A stretch of 64,000 nucleotides of DNA from an uncultured Lachnospiraceae bacterium (GTDB lineage Bacteria > Bacillota > Clostridia > Lachnospirales > Lachnospiraceae), in assembly GCA_944380185.1 (NCBI GenBank), contig CALWGV010000111.1, positions 15,362-79,361 of the forward strand, read 5' to 3'. A program made the position numbers and the translations under genes. Of this stretch, positions 60,312 through 64,000 are shown piece by piece (position 1 is the first letter of the stretch; each line of letters starts with the position of its first letter). The notes below the pieces were generated by a model that ran no database searches, was not told the origin of the DNA, and saw only the letters and a list, made by a program, of their open reading frames with translations.

Positions 60312-61313
60312 ATGACTTATGACCAATACATAGCAGAGATTCAGTCTCTGTCCCTGATGCAGAGAGGACAGGGAGCTTTCGGCGAATACCGGGGATACCC
60401 GCTGTACTGCATATTCTCAGGGCGTGTACAGGCCAAAGCAGTTACTGTGGAAGTGAGCGTCGAGGGGAAAAGACAGACGAAATTTATGAGGGAGCTCAAT
60501 CGCTCCATCAAGGGTCTGGGGAGCGCAGCATTTAAGACCTCGGATGGCTCGGTAATCCAGATACAGGTCAAAGCGGCGGACAGTTTTGCGGTTCCTTTCA
60601 GACAAGTAATGGACCGTCTGGCAGAAACAGCGGTCAGCTATGGAGTGACACCTCCGTCCGTTTGTCCGCTCTGTCATCGCAGCGGCTGTGACGGCTGGGC
60701 TCTTCTGAAAGGCGGTTACCGTCCCGTTCATAAGGCTTGTCTGGAGCAGGTTCGTGACAGCGTCAGAGCCAGCGCACAAAGGAACATGGCGGAGGGAAGC
60801 TATCTGACCGGCATATTGGGAGGTCTGGCCGGAGGATTGGTCGCGACGATTCCCTGTCTGCTGACAATCCTGCTGCTGGAGCGGATCTACGCCCTTTTGG
60901 TCTGGCTGATTCCCATGGGAGCGGCTTTTGGCTATCAGAAGTGCAATGGGAAACGCAGCCGTGCAGCTGGTCCGATTTTGATTGTTCTTTCAATCGTCAG
61001 CATGTTTCTGATGGAATATGTGTTTTTTGTCGTGCAATGGTCGGCTGCCTATGGCTGGGGAGTGGGAGAGGCGCTCTTGACGACTCTGCCTTTTATGCTC
61101 GACCCTACATTCTGGATTGCCGTCGTACAGAGTTCCGTGACTGAACTGCTTTTCCTGGCGCTGGGAATCGCCGTGAGCTGGAAGACGCTTACCAGCACAG
61201 CGGCGGATGAGGTGTCCGGTGTGGATGCGTGCATGGAGACTTATCAGCCGCGTGTGCCGGAGAATGCAGGTTTCGAGGACAGACAGAAAGAGGGAATATC
61301 CGACGGGGCATAA
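60312..61313 (+). CDS. Membrane protein with a cytoplasmic N-terminal domain carrying a CxxC...C...H...C cluster
   Basis: RBS AGGAGGGG. The N-terminal 160 aa are soluble and contain CPLCHRSGCDGW...HKAC. About 5 TM helices follow. Confidence 0.55.
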   Translation: MTYDQYIAEIQSLSLMQRGQGAFGEYRGYPLYCIFSGRVQAKAVTVEVSVEGKRQTKFMRELNRSIKGLGSAAFKTSDGSVIQIQVKAADSFAVPFRQVMDRLAETAVSYGVTPPSVCPLCHRSGCDGWALLKGGYRPVHKACLEQVRDSVRASAQRNMAEGSYLTGILGGLAGGLVATIPCLLTILLLERIYALLVWLIPMGAAFGYQKCNGKRSRAAGPILIVLSIVSMFLMEYVFFVVQWSAAYGWGVGEALLTTLPFMLDPTFWIAVVQSSVTELLFLALGIAVSWKTLTSTAADEVSGVDACMETYQPRVPENAGFEDRQKEGISDGA

Positions 61314-61384
61314 GCGGTAAAAGATGACGGACGAAAAGAAACATAGACGAAAAAGCACGAGATAAAGCAGACAAAATACAAGAC

Positions 61385-61425
61385 AAAAGGAGCCATGGCC
61401 CGTGAAAACCATAGCTCCTTTTTTA
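61385..61425. terminator. Bidirectional terminator between the membrane protein gene and eno
   Basis: AAAAGGAGCCATGG...CCATAGCTCCTTTT, with one mismatch. Confidence 0.65.
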
Positions 61426-61466
61426 TTGTCTCAATTCAGTCTCGATTCAGTTCGTGAGAGAAGGAT

Positions 61467-62858
<1,392 letters not shown>

Positions 62859-63032
62859 TTATTATACTGTATTTCATTTTGAAAAACAATCCATTTATCG
62901 GATATCTGAATTTTTTTTAACCATTTTTTCACCTTGCCGTCCCGAGTATCCCCTTTCTCCCCGGCGGCGGGCATGATATAATAGCCGTAAAGTCCTTAGG
63001 CGAACCGTGTGCATTTCGGAAAAGGAGAGCAG

Positions 63033-64000
63033 ATGAGCATGACGACAGGAAACCGCAAGTATCGGATTCACTTTGCGGATTATGCTGTGGCGGAGAATGA
63101 GAGACTTTATAATGCTATGGCAAGAGAGGGATGGGCTCTGCAAAAAAGAGGAGTGTGGCTGGACAGCTTTGTCCGGGAGAAAGGGCCTGAAAAGATTTAC
63201 CGGGTAGAACTGGCTTTTAAGGGCACTTTTGATCGAAAGATGGCGCCGGATGACCGTCTTTCGTTATATAAAGGGAAGGGCTGGAAGCTCGTCGCCTCCG
63301 GCGGTCTGACGGCGGTATTTGCCGCACCGCAGGGAACGGAGGCGCCGAAACTAGGCCCTTTTGGAGAAAAACAGGCGGAGACGAAACGAGTAGTAAAGAA
63401 AGAGTACCACTTTTCTTTGCTTTCCGTGCCGCTGTTTTTGCTGGTCTTTTTTGTATTGCCCTTCGGCGGCGGGGGGTACGGTCAAAATCTACTGGCTGCC
63501 TGGTTCACTTCTGTGCAGAGGCTGTGGACGGAGGCGACGGCCCTGTGTCTGCTGGAGATCGCTCTGCTTGTCGCTGTGCTGACCAACCGGATTTATTGCT
63601 GTGTCCGCATGGGTCAGCTTAACCGCCGTCTGCAGAGAGAGGGGACGGTGGAACGGCAGGTCCATCGCAGTACGCTGCACTATCGGAGAGGAATGACGCT
63701 GATTGCGGCGATTTGCTTGGTTTGTCTGGCCGGCGTAGGCGTCCAGGCTGCCGGGCATCAAACGTATCCGATGCCGCTGGAATCGGACGGGCCTTATGTG
63801 ACTCTTGCCCAGATGGGATGGGAAGGTGAGCGAACCGTTAATTCAGTCAATGGAGAGGAGAGCCGGGTGGAGACCTGGCGATCTCTGCGGGCCCGCTGCT
63901 ACAGCACCTTTGAGGAGATAGAGACGGGTACGGATACCAGCTGGCTCTACCAGTATATCTATGTATTCGGCAGTGGAGAGGCAGCCAGGTCTTATGTACC
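63033..64000 (+). CDS. DUF2812-like membrane protein; 3' end lies outside the window
   Basis: Not in the ORF track because there is no stop in the window. ATG lies behind AAAGGAGAG, and I translated the frame by hand to nt 64000 without a stop. N-terminus is YRIHFADYAVAENERLYNAMAREGWALQKRGVWLDSF, followed by TM helices, as in DUF2812. Confidence 0.5.
   Translation, partial: MSMTTGNRKYRIHFADYAVAENERLYNAMAREGWALQKRGVWLDSFVREKGPEKIYRVELAFKGTFDRKMAPDDRLSLYKGKGWKLVASGGLTAVFAAPQGTEAPKLGPFGEKQAETKRVVKKEYHFSLLSVPLFLLVFFVLPFGGGGYGQNLLAAWFTSVQRLWTEATALCLLEIALLVAVLTNRIYCCVRMGQLNRRLQREGTVERQVHRSTLHYRRGMTLIAAICLVCLAGVGVQAAGHQTYPMPLESDGPYVTLAQMGWEGERTVNSVNGEESRVETWRSLRARCYSTFEEIETGTDTSWLYQYIYVFGSGEAARSYV

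Overview
This looks like a chromosomal segment of a moderately GC-rich, spore-forming Firmicute. Gene content is Clostridia/Lachnospiraceae-like: ylmC/ymxH, a spoVB-like flippase, a spoVK-like AAA ATPase, and many lipoproteins with Thr/Glu/Ala-rich linkers. The window is densely coding, mostly on the plus strand, and largely housekeeping.

Main blocks:
- a BceRS/BceAB-type peptide-antibiotic sensing and detoxification module, with an extra coiled-coil gene inserted in it
- a MarR regulator plus a heterodimeric ABC exporter
- exported flavodoxin-like and alpha/beta-hydrolase lipoproteins with an aldo-keto reductase and a His-rich membrane protein
- tdh-kbl threonine catabolism divergent from a ThrE-type exporter pair
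- purE-purM-purN-purD
- arcA plus ornithine carbamoyltransferase plus an unusual third gene
- an NCS2 purine permease
- a ROK kinase plus a GH1 6-phospho-beta-glucosidase
- gap-pgk-tpiA-gpmI, with eno displaced and inverted behind a 3-gene insertion
- three stand-alone tRNA genes (Thr-GGU, Thr-CGU, Ser-CGA)

I recognised no rRNA, CRISPR array, transposase, integrase or phage gene. I cannot demonstrate a novel multi-gene system from sequence alone. The best follow-up candidates are:
- the third gene of the arginine deiminase cluster
- the AAA / lipoprotein / Zn-ribbon membrane cassette that splits the glycolytic operon
- the repeat-containing coiled-coil gene inside the Bce module
- the exported flavodoxin-like cluster

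All functional calls rest on motif recognition in the supplied translations and on reading the DNA by eye. No searches were run.
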